Source: Phyllosticta citribraziliensis
Taxonomy: Eukaryota
DNA: 64,000 nucleotides
Direction of reading: 5' to 3'
Assembly: GCF_038025025.1 (NCBI RefSeq)
Contig: NW_027117350.1
Location: 992,001 to 1,056,000, forward strand
How positions within the stretch are numbered: position 1 is the first letter of the stretch; each line of letters starts with the position of its first letter. The position numbers and the translations under genes are program-made. Below, piece after piece: positions 1-13,133 of the stretch. The notes under the pieces were generated by a model. The model saw only the letters and a program-made list of their open reading frames with translations, did not search any database and was not told where the DNA came from.

Positions 1-2910
1 GGTCGGGTGCACGGGCCAGGGGTGTGACGAGAGGCCCCGCCGATGATCCGAGCCAAGAAATGGGCTTTTGCCGTCAAAACACCAGCAGCCGGGCGAAATT
101 GTTGACCTTGAAGCACAGAATGGCGGAGCGGAACGTCCTGGTGTAGCTCTGCTCTCGTTGTCCGTCCGTCTCTAGCACTACGCAGCGCTGGCCGGCCGTG
201 GCATGGTTGCAGACCCCAACCGACGCGTCGTTCCGCCTAGCCCCGCCTGGTCTTGGCTCTCCGCTCTCGTGCCACCCCCGGCCACCACCCTCGTCCAGAC
301 CGCAACACTCGTCGCCATCGACTTCTGCCCTGCTGACGCCGTTTCACTCCGACTCGCGCGAAGCAGTCAAGCCCGTCGACCTGCCTCAAGGCATCCACAC
401 TCTGGCCTTGACGCCCTCCATCAAGACTGCACCCCAAGCTTCGATTCGTCGGCAGATCGGCGCGTAAGCCGCCCATCGCATGTCAAGCGGAACGATATGC
501 GGAGAAGCCCTCGACAACGTTACAGGTACATGTATCGCCTGCCGCGCAGAGTCAACAACGACTGCCCACAACTTGGTTTCCTCGACGTGAAAAGACTCCT
601 CCCACTCCAACCCACTTGTACCTCGCTACCGCCTGTCGAATTTGTTAGAATCGCTCGATCCCTGCTTGCATGGAATCCTGCAACTCCCCGGCCCCATTTG
701 CTAGCCTCTTGGCGAGGCGCTTGCCCGAAGGAGCAACTGAAAAGACGACGCCGAGCACCACAGGTCAAGTCGAAAGAAATTTCTTGCCTCCAGCTTTGTT
801 GGATCAGACGCTCAGACACAAGGAATGCAACCTCTACGCCTCATCTCGAATTGACCTCGAAATCGGCGATGCGAAACCACTCTCTAGCGAGCCGCCGTCT
901 TGAACTCTCTTCCCGAAATGAACATTGGACGGCATTACTCTTGTTCGTTGCTTGGAAGCGGTGAATAGAGGCCTTGCTTTCCAACGGCCAATAGTCTGAG
1001 TCGAGAGTCTTGGTTCCATACTGGCTCGAAATTAAATCAGCAACCAAGAATCGTGGAACATTGAACATTGGAACTGGCCCAGCTATTGTTAGAGACGGGG
1101 CAATCGCGCAGCTGTACTCCTTTCGTGATCGACCTATCAAACTGCTCGGAAGTCCGTCGGGAAAGCAAGACATCAGCTGCACAATCAGAGATGTGCGGGA
1201 GAGCAACATGATTAGCAAAGCCACCTCGAGTCTAAAATCCACATCCTCTCAAGTCAGATTCGACGCCATGCCATCCAGCAGCACAGAAGCACAGCATCAT
1301 GACGACGACGTTTGGATACACAGCACACCCCGCATCTGCTCCCACCGCGTGCCTGGATCCACAGGACGGGCCAACGGCACCCTCTTACGGCGGAGGCGGG
1401 ACTGGATCCCTGACGGCTCCCGAATGTCTTGGATCCTGGGTCTTGGGAACCGGCAACTATTTCAGCCTCCCGATCATGTTGATATGGATCTCGCGCACGC
1501 TTCTGCTTCTCTCGTGGATTAAGCCGCCGGTCGCTTGTTTTAAAACTAAACACCATGTCTCAAACTGTTGCGGTTCGTTTGGCCTGCTAAGAGCCAAACG
1601 TGCTGACTGCACATGAACACTTTGAATGTTCGTCAGCTTCTCGACAGCAAGGACACGAACAGTACTCGCTCACTATCCACGCAGCTTATATTCGCCCGGT
1701 CAACTCTATATGCTGACAGTTTGCAGAGACTGTGCTCCTTTTCCCGCTTACATCGCGGTCCCAGGCCACTGCATCCAGGCCTTCCAGTTCGCGCTTTGAC
1801 ACGATAGTTTTGCGTCCGCGACACCCTTGTTGTCCGACCATCCGCCAACCATCACGAAATGGCAATTACTGGCATGTGCACAAACTTGGTTGCCCGCCGC
1901 AGCTCCCTGGAAGCTGCTGCACGCCTGGGCCTCGAATACGACAGACATGCTTCTCCATGAGTCGAAGACCCTGTCCCGTCGTCGAGAGGCGACGAGGTCT
2001 AGGCCTCGCCATGCGCGCTCTTGGTCACCGTGGACGAGGAGAGTGATGGGGTAAGCAGGGCGTCGGGACTAGACTTGTAAGCACAGGAGCAGCAGCTACG
2101 GCAAGAGCCGAACCGTCTGGAGCCAGACAATCTCGCGTCTCACGAGCAAATGTCTTGCTGGTTAGACAGCTGCTCCCTCACGTCCTCCCTTGTCCCTCTC
2201 CCTCCTGACCCTCCTCGCCACTGGCATCCAGTTGAAAACGCCACAACACGTCTACGCCGCACGCATGTCAATAGCCCAACGACCAGGGGCAGTCACCGTT
2301 CGTGCTCGCAGCTGTTTGGTGGGCGAACCGTTGACTAGGTTCAACGTTGACGCCCCATGACGCACTTGTACACAAACATCGAACGGTCAGAGACCATCTC
2401 GTCCAGTTCGCCACGGCTGCGGTTGCAAGCCCGTGTCCGTAATGCTGAATCAACCGACGCATTGGCCAGTTCCAAATCTGCGTAGAGTAGTGATCAGGTT
2501 GCGACAGATGCAGAACAGAGTGTCAATTAGGCGACTGGTAAGTTGGCGCTGTTGAAAGGCAGTGCTCATGCTTGACGTGCTGCCTGCGGTATGGCGAAGT
2601 GTCCTTTCTTTCCGCCGATGCTGCGGTGGTGGTCATTTCATTCCGGTACTCTTCTCTCCATCATCTCTCTCCTCGTCGATCTACAACTTGTTCTCTTTCC
2701 ACGTTACTCCATCCAGTACCCCCCGCGCCCTCCCAACCGTCTCAATTCTTTTACTCTACGACCGCTTCATGAGCCAGCGCGTCAAAAGAGCACTCAGCGC
2801 AATAAGACATGAGGAGACAAATCAACGCAACAATCAAGAAAGCAGGACCAGTTCTTTGAAGGAACTGCCTTCTTGTCTTACCCTATCCCCTTGACGCACC
2901 TCTCCATCCC

Positions 2911-2999
2911 ATCATCATCCACCCAGTCATTCATCATCCACCACCCAGTCATTCATCATCCACCACCCAGTCATTCATCATCCACCACCCAGTCATTCA
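2911..2999. repeat. 22-bp tandem minisatellite, about 4 copies (CATTCATCATCCACCACCCAGT)
   Basis: CCCAGTC recurs at 2922, 2944, 2966 and 2988. Confidence 0.9.
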
Positions 3000-4954
3000 A
3001 CATCGTCTCGTCGTGCTACTGTACTCCCCCGCTATCGCCACCTACAACCCGCACCGAATAAGTCAGCTAGCCAGCCAGCAGGACTGGAGAGAGGACTTGA
3101 ACGGATGCACATGGAAGGAGCGCGCGCTCTGTCTCTGTCTCTGTCTCGCCCCTTGTTTTACCCCCTCCCGGCTACGGAGGTAGGTAGCTAGTGCGCATGC
3201 ACATAATAGCGGCGAGAAGACGGTAAGGTCCGTCTCTTGTGCGTCTGAAGGTACGTCTGTTGGTCTGTTGGCCGGTCTGTCGGTTTGTCTGTCGGTTTGT
3301 CTGGTAGTCGTTCACCCTCCCTCCCTGTTCCGCGGACCTCGCCACACCAGAGCAAACAGAACAGACACCTAGGCAGGCATGTGACGCACCTGCGCATGAC
3401 GCACTTACGCTGCGCCACACAGGCCATATTTCCTTTTTCTTTCTCGCCTCCCCGAGTGAGTGTCAGGGGCGACCGCATGTGCTGTTGTGCTATGACGGAC
3501 GGGGACACGCTGGCTGACCGAGTGCCGGGGTTGCGGCGTTGCGGCTTATTCCTCCGCTCCAGTGTGAGAAGAGCGAGGGAGGGTGAAAGGCAGGGACAGG
3601 GAGGGAGGTAGGGAGGGAGGGAGGGAGGAAGAAAGGTGATGGTGTGTGGCACGGATGGTGGTTCACGGTGGTATGTGGTAGTATCCAGCCAGCTGCGAGA
3701 TGTGATCCAGATCTGTGCGATGCACCCGTGCCATACACCCGGCTGGTCTGTATGCAAGCAAGCAAGAAAGCGTGGTGCGGATGTTGCCGCCGCAACGGAC
3801 GGCAGTTGGCGAATATCATCACGTCGTCTTTGTCCAGTCAGTCATTCAGTCAGCTAATCAATTAATTCATTGGTAAGTCAGTCAGTCAGTCAGTCAGTCT
3901 ATTGCCATGCAAGTCACCCAGCAGCTCCTCGTGCTGCCTCGCTCGCTCACTTGCTCAGCCATCAGATCTATCTGCATCTAGATCTACCTATCCAGATGCA
4001 CAGTCTCTCTTTTTCTCGTATCCACCACCTCACATATATGATTCTTTTTTCTCCGCCTCCGCCTGTATCGCCTTCGTATCCTGCTTCCCGGTTTGTCCTG
4101 TGCGCTCTATTTACTTACTACGGTACTCACTCACTCTACCATCCCTTCCTACATACCTACATACCTTTGTACAACACGGCAGCAAGCCCACGCGGCCGCC
4201 CCCTGCTCCCTGCTCTCCTGTCCCCCCACGCGCCCACGCGCACAGAACCGGGTACCGCGCTACCAACCGCTCGACCGACCCTTCGTCGCACCACCTGCGC
4301 ATCTGCCTGCTGATGCGAGCGCGCGCCACAGCTCAGCTCGTGTAAGCTGCGTCGGTCGGGTACCTACGTACCCACTTACTTGTACCTTGTGGCGGGCGGC
4401 ACCACGCGAGACACGCGAGACATGCGTGGTCACCCGCCACTACTGCCTGACTGCTGTATATATATGTAGGTTGAGGCTGAGTTGCGTTGGCTGATGCGGC
4501 GGGTGCGGGTGCGGGTGCGGGTGCAGATACGCGAGGTAAGGCGAAGATGCAGGCAGGCAGGTATAGGAGATACGCGAGGGCTGTATGATGATGATGATGA
4601 TGATGGTGCAGTGGGTCATGCGGCTCCAACAACAAAAAGCAAAAGCGACAAAGGCATCAAGGCAGTGCAAACAAAACGCGGAAGTGAAAACAGGGAACGA
4701 AAAGCAAAACAACGGTACTGCCGAGAAGCAAAGCCGATGAAAAGGTACACAGGTTCAGGTGCTAGCGGTGGAAAGGAGCAGAGTATAGTAGAGCAGGAGA
4801 GGATGCGTGAGGTACGGTAGATGAGCTTGGCATCCTAGACCGACACCACCGACGACGGAAATACGTACATACTGGCGACTAAGGTGGAAAGGACTATGTA
4901 TGTAGGACGCATCGTGACGTCGCCAGCCAGGTCGCCGGAAAAAACAAAGACAGC

Positions 4955-4973
4955 AAAAAAAAAAAAAAAAAAA
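4955..4973. repeat. Poly-A tract (19 nt)
   Basis: Read directly from the sequence. Confidence 0.9.
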
Positions 4974-6304
4974 CCACCCGACGTACTTACCTGCCTACCT
5001 GCCTGGTTCCTAACCTAACCCCTGCACAGAAAAATCTACCCGATGACATCACGCCACACACACACACACCTCACAGCCAGCCAGTGATGAATGACGAAGG
5101 TACCGCACCAGGGGGCGGGCACAACGAGCAGCGAGCAGCGAATTAAGAAGAGAAAGAAGAGAGAAGGAAATCTTGTTTGTTGATCACCGACGCATAACGA
5201 ACAGACTGACTCGCTCAAGCGAAGCGAAGCGACGAACAGGCGGACGGACAGAGGGGGAGGGGGGACGAGATAGGCGCGTTCTCGGAGTTTATGATGATGG
5301 CATCGAGTCATTGCTCCCATTTCGTGAGCTAGACTACTTGCTGCTGATGATGGTTTTGGTTTGACTTAAGACGGTGTCTTGATTTGATGACGACCATGAT
5401 GTTGGCAAAATGTGTGTAGGTAAAAAAAAACTACCAGTAGCCAACGAAACCACACCAGCCGCTTCCTCCACCACCATCGCCGAGACGAAGAAGAGAAGAA
5501 GATAAAGGTAGAAAGGTGTGTATGTATGACACCACAAGGAGGCCGAAAAGAAGGGTAAATCCACTCCGTCCCGTCATCTACATCGTCCAAAAAGCATCCA
5601 AGAAAAGTGTAGCCTCAAGACGCCACCAACGACCTAGACAGCAGCAGCAGTGGCAGCAGCAGCAGCCGCAGTAAGAACAACACCTCTCTTTTGCCAAGGT
5701 ATCGGTCGGTTGAATGAATCCCAAGAAGAAAAATCTCAAAGCCCTCAAAATATGCACCGGCCCCCGCTGAATATGCTACAACACACGTGCAAAGCAAAGC
5801 AGGCGAGCGCGCATGCAAGCAAGCAAGCTCTGAGCCCAAAAATCCCAAAATGTGTCCGTGGATGTGTGTCTCGAGACAGGACAAGACGCCAACAAACAAG
5901 AGGCAAGGCGAAAGGCTGCAATGTAGTCTTGCCGTATGTATGATGATGATAATGAGTATGTGTGTCGGAATGTAAGGTATGTATGTGGCGGAGGAAAATG
6001 AGGCGTCAAATGTCGTACAAAGAAAGACCAGCTGGCTGGCCGCCGGGTCCGGTTTGTGCAGCCAGCCAGCCGTCTCCCTGGTCAACATCCGGGGCCCAGG
6101 CCCAGCCAGGCCAGGCCTGGGTGATGGGCGTTCTCGCAATTATTCAAATTCTTTTCGAGCGTGACAATAATGCGCCGCCGAGGCGCTGCACGTCGCACAC
6201 ACGTCCGCAGCGACAAGAATATGCCACGGCGGCTTTGTTTTCTTCGTATCAGGTCGTCGCGTGCGTATCCTCGTGCCAACGGAAGCGGCTATTGCCGTAG
6301 GAAT

Positions 6305-8902
6305 TTAGAAGAAAGTGTCATTCTCAGTGCCCGCGGGCTTGCATGGTGTTTTGCATTTTTCATGCACGCTACCGCGCGGGATGGTCAAGCGGCAGCCACG
6401 TGCGGCGCTCGTCCATGCTCCGGTTGATGCGGCTACCCGGCGTAAGCGGCACATCAACACGACCAGGAGTGCGCGCTGTGCGGTCGTCTGCGTCGCTGTC
6501 GTCATCGTACGCGTCGGATAGCCTCGAAAAGTAGTCTGCCAGGCCGCTCGTCGGACTTGCGATGCTCTCGTATTGCGGCGGGGGCGTCTGCAGGGGCGGC
6601 GGCGGCTCTTCTTCTTCGAACGCGGGCGGGTTGAACGACGGCTGTCGCAGCAGGTGCATCGGGCGCTGCATCTGCTGCTCTCCAATGGGCCCGCCCAGAT
6701 GCGCCTGCTGCGGACGGGCGAGTTGCGGCGAGGGCACGTTTTCAGCACTGCCGTTGGTGGTGCGTGCGCTGTTGAGTGCATTGATGGTCGGCACGAAGGA
6801 GGCTGGGGAGCTGCGACGGATGGGGGCGCCAGGACACCCGCATTCCGGCATCGCGGAGAGGGCCTCGCCGCTTTCAGGCGACGAGTAGGCAGGCAGGGCG
6901 GTGTTTGCCTGAGTTGCGCGGCACGAGAGGATGTGGAACGGGGAATCAATGGAGATTTCAAAATGCCGTCGTTTCGAGGGGTCGTTTTGGTCGGGTCGCG
7001 ACAAGCGCATGACGATCTATGTGTTTACTGTTAGACCAGAGCCGCAAACTAGAGTTTCAGACATTACCTTTATCCAATGGTGCACTTGAATATTCTGATA
7101 CGTCGTGTCAAAGTGCAACCGCTGTGTCTTGTCTTGCTTGTCTCGCATGTTGTGACAACTGGGCAGTTGCACGTTGAACTCCATCTCCGTCGGGCCAATG
7201 TTTGCCTCACCCTCGAGGTTTCCGAGCAGATTGTTGCTGTCTTGCAGCGTGATGCGGTCAACGTCGCCTTGCGCGGCGGCAGCTCGTTGGTCGTACGGCA
7301 CTCCCCCGCCGGAGATGATGCGCATGGTGCTGCCGGGGAAAGTGCTGTTGGTCGGGCCATCGGATCGTTTTTCAAACAGCTGCACCTTTTTCGTCGGCTC
7401 TATCCTATGGACGCGCTTGTTGTTGCAGTAGTATTCGATGTTTTCCGTGATAAAGACCTTGATCCGATGACACTGCACCTTTGCAAGCGGTGTGAGCTTG
7501 AAGGCGATTGGCACCTGCGATCCGAGCGGGAAAGATTTTCCAGATATGACGATGTCGTAGTGAAGCTGATCTTCCCAGTTGCGGCTGATGGCAATCGGCT
7601 CGACCTGCTCCAGCGATGCCTCAGATGGCGCACGGATCAGGACGACTTCCTTGGTGCCGATGAGATTGGCCCTAAACGCGCCTGCTCGTTCCACAACAGC
7701 TTCCAGCTCGTACTTTACCGATCCCAGTTCCACGTCTATGGTTTCGGGCAAGTGGCTGTCGAGAGGAAGCTCAAAGTTGTATATGTAGTCGCCGGGGTGG
7801 AAGGTCCTGTATCCTTTTTGTGCGATCGAGGGTCCGTTAGTGGAGGATTCGCCTTTTCCAAAGCTCCTCGACTGGTTGACCTGGAGAGACAGCTTTTTTG
7901 CCTCTTTGGAGCTCAAGCTAGCTGTCGACTGCGAGGGAGACCGCTCAAAATCGAGCGAAAACTTGCTTCCAATGCTTGGTGCAGAAAGTCTGTCCGTAGA
8001 CCGATCAGCCAGCTCGACATGGTCTGCGCAAGGGCCTTGCTCTGCGGTTGGGAATTGAGCATTGAAAAAGGGCCAAGTGTGGCTCATGATGTTGTCGACC
8101 TCTTCAAAATCCGTCTTTTTGGGTGGAATACCTGCTGTCGTTAGCTGAGATCTCGAAAACGGGAGGGCAAGCTACCTTCAGGCCACTTTGTCAGAGCCTT
8201 GCCCTTGAACTTGAGGGTGACGGCTTTGATCTTGGCGCTTTTTGTGACTTTGAGGTGGAGACTTCCGCGCAGCATTGCAGTACTCCTCTCGGCATGTTCT
8301 GCCTGCTCAAAGCCCTGGAGGAATAAGACGGGCTCGGCCAAGGAAATGCCAACGTTGATGCCATTGCCCGTGGCCAATGGCTTTTCGTCTGGTATTCTCT
8401 GCGTGGTGGTGGAAACGACGCTCTTTCTGCTGTCGACTGAGCGTCCAGACGAAGTTCGCACAGACTCGATCAGGGCGGGCCTGGGCATGATGGCGCTCAC
8501 TGGACCGGCCACCGAGTGGCGCTGAGAGCTTCGCATCGAGTCTCGTGGGCGTGGACGCGGCCTTGGGCCGTCGAGGGGAGTTGGGGCTTCGCTAATGCTT
8601 GACCTCCGAGGTGGGGAGGATCTGTCCGAGGTGGATCGGGGAGCAATGAATTGCTTCAAGAAGCGTTTTGCGTTGTCCCGTGGGCCAGCCAGCTTGTGAA
8701 TGACCTCGGCGCGACCTTTTCGTGGCTTGGGAGAAGCGATGCCGTATTCTGGAGGAACGCAGGCAATGTGGATGCGCTGAGGACGGCGCGAGCGAGGGCA
8801 AAATATTGGACCTCGAGTGACGAGGAAGTCCGCGGGGGTGGAGTGATCCGGGAGGTACGAGAGGCGACCTCGTTCGGTATGAACTCGGAGGTATTCTGTC
8901 AT
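6305..8902 (-). CDS. apyA: Alpha-arrestin (ART family), HECT ubiquitin ligase adaptor, ApyA/Aly1-2 type; introns 8132-8175 and 7017-7067; start uncertain (ATG 8902 or 8536)
   Basis: Arrestin-N signature (ISLAEPVLFLQG..MLRGSLHLKVTKSAKIKAVTLKFKG..WPEGIPPK, GDYIYNFELPLDSHLPETI..YELEAVVERAG), arrestin-C (ISRNWEDQLHYDIVISGKSFPLG), PY-type motifs LPAY and PPPQY. Canonical GT..AG introns join the three ORF segments in frame. Subfamily and symbol are from recalled similarity. Confidence 0.88.
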
Positions 8903-9939
8903 GATGTCGACGGTGAGCGTCAAGGACTGCAGAGGTACGGAGACATGGAAGAGGGAGGAGAAGAAGCAGAGAGGCTAAGGGTAGTCGACGCAAACAGAAG
9001 GCATACGACGAGGGCAGAGGGCGTGGAATGGGGGAGGGTGCTTGGGGTAGTGGAAGCACATATGCGAGAAGAGCGGGACGAAGAGTGGTGAGACAGTAGT
9101 GGAGGGTGCAACTCACAGATGACAGGTGCCGGGGAGGGCAGACGGGGTGGAAACAACGGCGCAAAGGTCAAGGGCTTGGGGGGGCAGTTGGGTCATGCGC
9201 TGGCGTGACGGGACCCTGCTTGTGCTGGCAAAAGAGGACGAGACGAGACCGGGAGGCCGTATTCTAGCAGAGACGATATCGAAGGTCGCTGAGCAGGGAA
9301 GGATGCGCGGGCAGTAGCATGGGGGTGGTGGGTGGTGGAGGTTTGGTCTGGGAATTGGGCAGTCGAGCGGGCGATCGTGTCGTCGAGGTCAAGGCGGTGG
9401 GCGAGCGAGGCGCCTGCAGGGCACGGCAACGCAACGACGCAGCGGCGCAGAGGACGGGCTTTATTACACAAGCTCCAGTGCCCGCACAGCCGCCCGCGAG
9501 GAGCCGCTTAAGTGAGGTTAATCCAGCGCCAGAGTGCTTTTTGCAGTGCAGTGCAGCGAGAGAAGGCCCCGGCCGGCTCGTTCGGGAGGCCAACGGAACG
9601 GACGTCATGAGTGCTGGCACTGCCGGCATCTGCTCTCACACCTCAGCGCAGCGGCGCGCCGAGCGTCTCCGGCACGCATGGCATCCATCTCCACGCCTCG
9701 CTCTGCAGCCCGATTGTTGTCTGCGCCGCCACTTCTGATGCTGGCCTGGCCTGCCGCGATCGGCCAGAAAAGAAAAGATTCCAGTGCCGTCCTGACCTCA
9801 CCTCGCGCCCAATCGGCCCGCTCTCCGCCGTCGCTGGCAGGATTTTGTTTGCCGTGACGTTTGTCGGCGCCGATCCAAAGCCAGATTGTGGGGATGAAAA
9901 GCTTGGCCCTCCACACTTACTCAGCCGCACGTGATCGCG

Positions 9940-9945
9940 ACGCGT
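9940..9945. promoter_or_regulatory. MCB (MluI cell-cycle box) ACGCGT upstream of DPB11
   Basis: Exact ACGCGT about 100 bp upstream of ATG 10047, with a further CGCGCG core at ~9964. Confidence 0.45.
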
Positions 9946-10046
9946 GCTGCCAGGTGCCGTCTCCGCGCGACTCGAACAAGAACTGAACGCCTAGAACGTC
10001 AACCGCGACATCGTTCGCTTTCCCTCCTCCACCTCCGCCCTCCACC

Positions 10047-13000
10047 ATGCTGGAGAATGCTGATCACTGTACGCCCCCTCCCACCCCTGCCTCTCCTTCT
10101 CACCGCTGCTGACACGCCCCCAGCCAAAGCTCAGCATCCTCTCGCTGGCGTCATTCTATGCTGCACCTCCATCACCACCGAGCGACGGGTCCGTTATTTC
10201 TCCTCCCTACACGCGTCTCGACAACCTAACCCCCATCTCCAGGACGAGCTTGCAAAATGGGCCGTCGAAATGGGCGCCGCCCACAAGTACGACCTGACTT
10301 CTGACGTGACCCACCTCGTCATTGGCCATGTCGACACTCCAAAATACAAGTACGTCGCAAAAGAGAGGCCGGACGTCAAGGTCGTGACGCCAGAATGGCT
10401 GGCCCATGTGCGCGAACATTGGCTCGAGGGCGGCGACGTCGACGTCGAGAAGCTCGAGGCTCAACACCGCGCCCCCACATTCTTGGGTTTGCGCATTTGC
10501 GTGACCGGTTTCGAAGACTGTGCGCTTCCCCTCCCCTCGCGTGGATCGGCCTCTGACGTTTTCAAGTGGAGTCGAGAACCGACATTCAAAAGAGAGTCAC
10601 CAACAACGGCGGCATCTACGATGGCGACTTGACCAGAGCCGTAACCCACCTTGTCGCACTGGCCCCGAAAGGCAGCAAGTATGAGCACGCCCTGCGCTGG
10701 AACATCAAGATTGTCGCCTTGGAATGGATCGCCGACTCGGAAGAGCGGGGCATGGTGCTCGACGAAGCCCTCTACAGCGTGCGCATACCAAAGGAAGAAC
10801 GTGGCCGAGGAGCTTGGAAGAGGACGCTTCCCGAGACGGTACCCGTTGGCAAGAGACTGCGACCGGACAATGGCGACGACGGCGAGGGTCGAAGAAAGCT
10901 TAGGCGCACTGCAAGCTCCAAACTTAGTACCCAGAGCTCGGCCATCTGGGATGAGCTCAGGGGTGGTAGCTTCATCGCCAAGCAAGACCTGGGCGATGAT
11001 TCTTGGCACGAACACCCCCAGTCGGATGGCATCGAAAGCCAGGTCATTCCAGCACTCGAGGAGACGACCATCTCCAAGCCTGCCCCGCCCAAGCCCTTGG
11101 GATGCTTCGATGGCGCCACCACTTGCATCCACGGATTCGACAAGGTCAAGACGGAGCTTCTCGCAGAGCATCTGTACCGTCACGGTGCTGTCATCATGAA
11201 CAATCTAGAACACGATTTCGAGTCCGGATTTCTCATCACCCCATCCGAGATGGCCGAGGATCGAATAGATGTTCCCGCTCCTGCTCAGCGTCTCACGAGG
11301 GTCAACGAATGGTGGGTAGAAAAATGTCTCCACAGAAAACAGCTCGTAGATCCTGACCACGAGTTCATCTGCCGTCCGTTGCCCCACATCCCTGTTTCTG
11401 GTGAGTCGGAACCGCGTCAGAGCTGAATCTAGCTGATCCGATAGGCTTTGAAAACTTGTTCATCACATTCACGTCTTATGCCGATTATGACCGCCTGCAT
11501 TTCGCCAAGCTGATCAAGCTAATGGGTGAGTTGCTCTCCATGCCCGCTCAGTACACCAAGCTGAATGCAACAGGCGCCACATACGAAGAGTACGTCTCTG
11601 AAAAGGTTAGCGTAATGATATGCCCCACAGCTCCTGCCAACAATCCAAAAATGGCGTTTTGCTCCGCCCACTCGATACCCATTGTGTCGCCCTCCTGGAT
11701 GTGGGCTTGCATAAAGATTGGTAAGGTCCAGCCGTTTGATGACTATGTCCTTGAAGTGCCGCGGGAGCAGTCGCGGGAGAATTCCCAGCAGTCCCTGCCC
11801 CAGCGTAGTTCAGAAAATGCCACGGACCGTACGAGAAGAGAACGGTAAGCCGATTGATATTCGCGTCTGATTGCCGCCGAGGCAATGCTTTGTTTGCATG
11901 TTCGTACCACGCACTCGCCCGCCTGTCGTCACAATTGTTTTCCAAGTCAAAGTTTGCTGATGAGTAAATAGATTCTTCAAGCGGGGCAAGAGTACCGGCA
12001 AACTTGCCTTGACGTCTGTTCCGAGGAGCCCGAGCTATGAGTTGCCAAAGCAAACCCTCAGAACGACGGGTAATCGGAAACAATCCCGGCAACGCCCCAG
12101 GGTGAGGCCTTTTAGCCAATCATCAAGCGAGGACGAAGCCGCGGAGAACCCTTGTCCACCCGTAGCGGATGACGATCATGCTCCTCCGCCGAATGTCGAT
12201 GGCTCCTGTTCGCCACGGCCTTTGCAGGAATTGTCGCCCTCGCGCGCCAACGCGGCACGAAAACCGCCACATGCAGATTCTGCGGTGCTGCCATGCATAA
12301 GGCCATCACACGACCAAGAAGACGCGCTGGACCCTGGATCCAAGTCACGCCCTTCAACACCACCAGCCACGACCTCGTCCGCCACAATCACCGCCACAGA
12401 GCCCCGCGAACAACCCCCTGGAGATCCCCCTGCGAACAAACCGTCGACGCAAGAGACGCTCCAGACGACCATTGCTGCACTACTCGCCCAAAAGAAACAA
12501 CGACCCTCGTCGGCCGGCTCCAACGCCAGCTCTGCCGGTGACCCGACTGCTGCGGCCGCAACAGCCGCCGGATCGTCCCGTAGCCGGCAGCAGCGCTGGC
12601 GCCGCCAACTCGGCCGCGCCCCCAGCTTCCGCAGCGACGGCGGCACCACCGCCGCCGACACAGCTCCCCATCACGCCGGGTCCGTGGCACCGTCGGCCGT
12701 GTCGACATTGCTCTCCGTATCCGCAGATGCCGAGGCCACCGCAGCGGCCGTAACGGCCAACGACGTCGTCGACGAGCAGCTCGACGCTGAAGCAGAAGAT
12801 TCCCAGGCGGTGGCTGCTGCCGCGGCGACGCGGACGCGCCAGTGGACCGACGTCCCCGGCGCGTCGCAGACGCTGCTGTGGGGCGCGGCCGAGGCCGACG
12901 ACGCGGAGCGCGCCGCGCTCATCCGCCGGCTGGGTGGCCGCGTCGACGACGACCTTGACCGCGTGGCGAAGCAACGGAACGCGCCGGATGCGTCGCGTGC

Positions 13001-13133
13001 TGGTGGTGGAGGGAGGTTGACGGATGCGGGGTTTGTGGGTGAGGGCGCGGGGGGCGTGGGGAGCAGGGTTGGTAGGAGGAGGGCTGCTGCTGCTGCTGCT
13101 GCTGCTGCCAGGGGGAGGGAGACGGGGTGGTAG
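10047..13133 (+). CDS. DPB11: Multi-BRCT replication initiation/checkpoint scaffold (Dpb11/Cut5-Rad4/TopBP1 family); introns 10069-10123, 10189-10242, 10520-10566, 11401-11444, 11526-11573, 11845-11971
   Basis: Four BRCT-like units: PLAGVILCCTSI..MGAAHKYDLTSDVTHLV..TPKYKYV..VVTPEWL; FLGLRICVTGF..NGGIYDGDLTRAVTHLV..KYEHALRWNIKIVALEWIADS; CFDGATTCIHGF..VNEWWVEKC; GATYEEYV..IPIVSPSWMWAC. Each intron junction was checked and keeps frame. Confidence 0.88.

Noticed and set aside
4984..4995. TACTTACCTG resembling the U1 snRNA 5' end
   Set aside because: No downstream U1 stem-loops or Sm site recognised; better read as a minus-strand donor-like sequence.
7077..8144. 355-aa + strand ORF, and similar long antisense ORFs at 31949-33076, 27061-27924 and 12480-13220
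   Set aside because: Shadows of real genes caused by high GC3; no recognisable domains.
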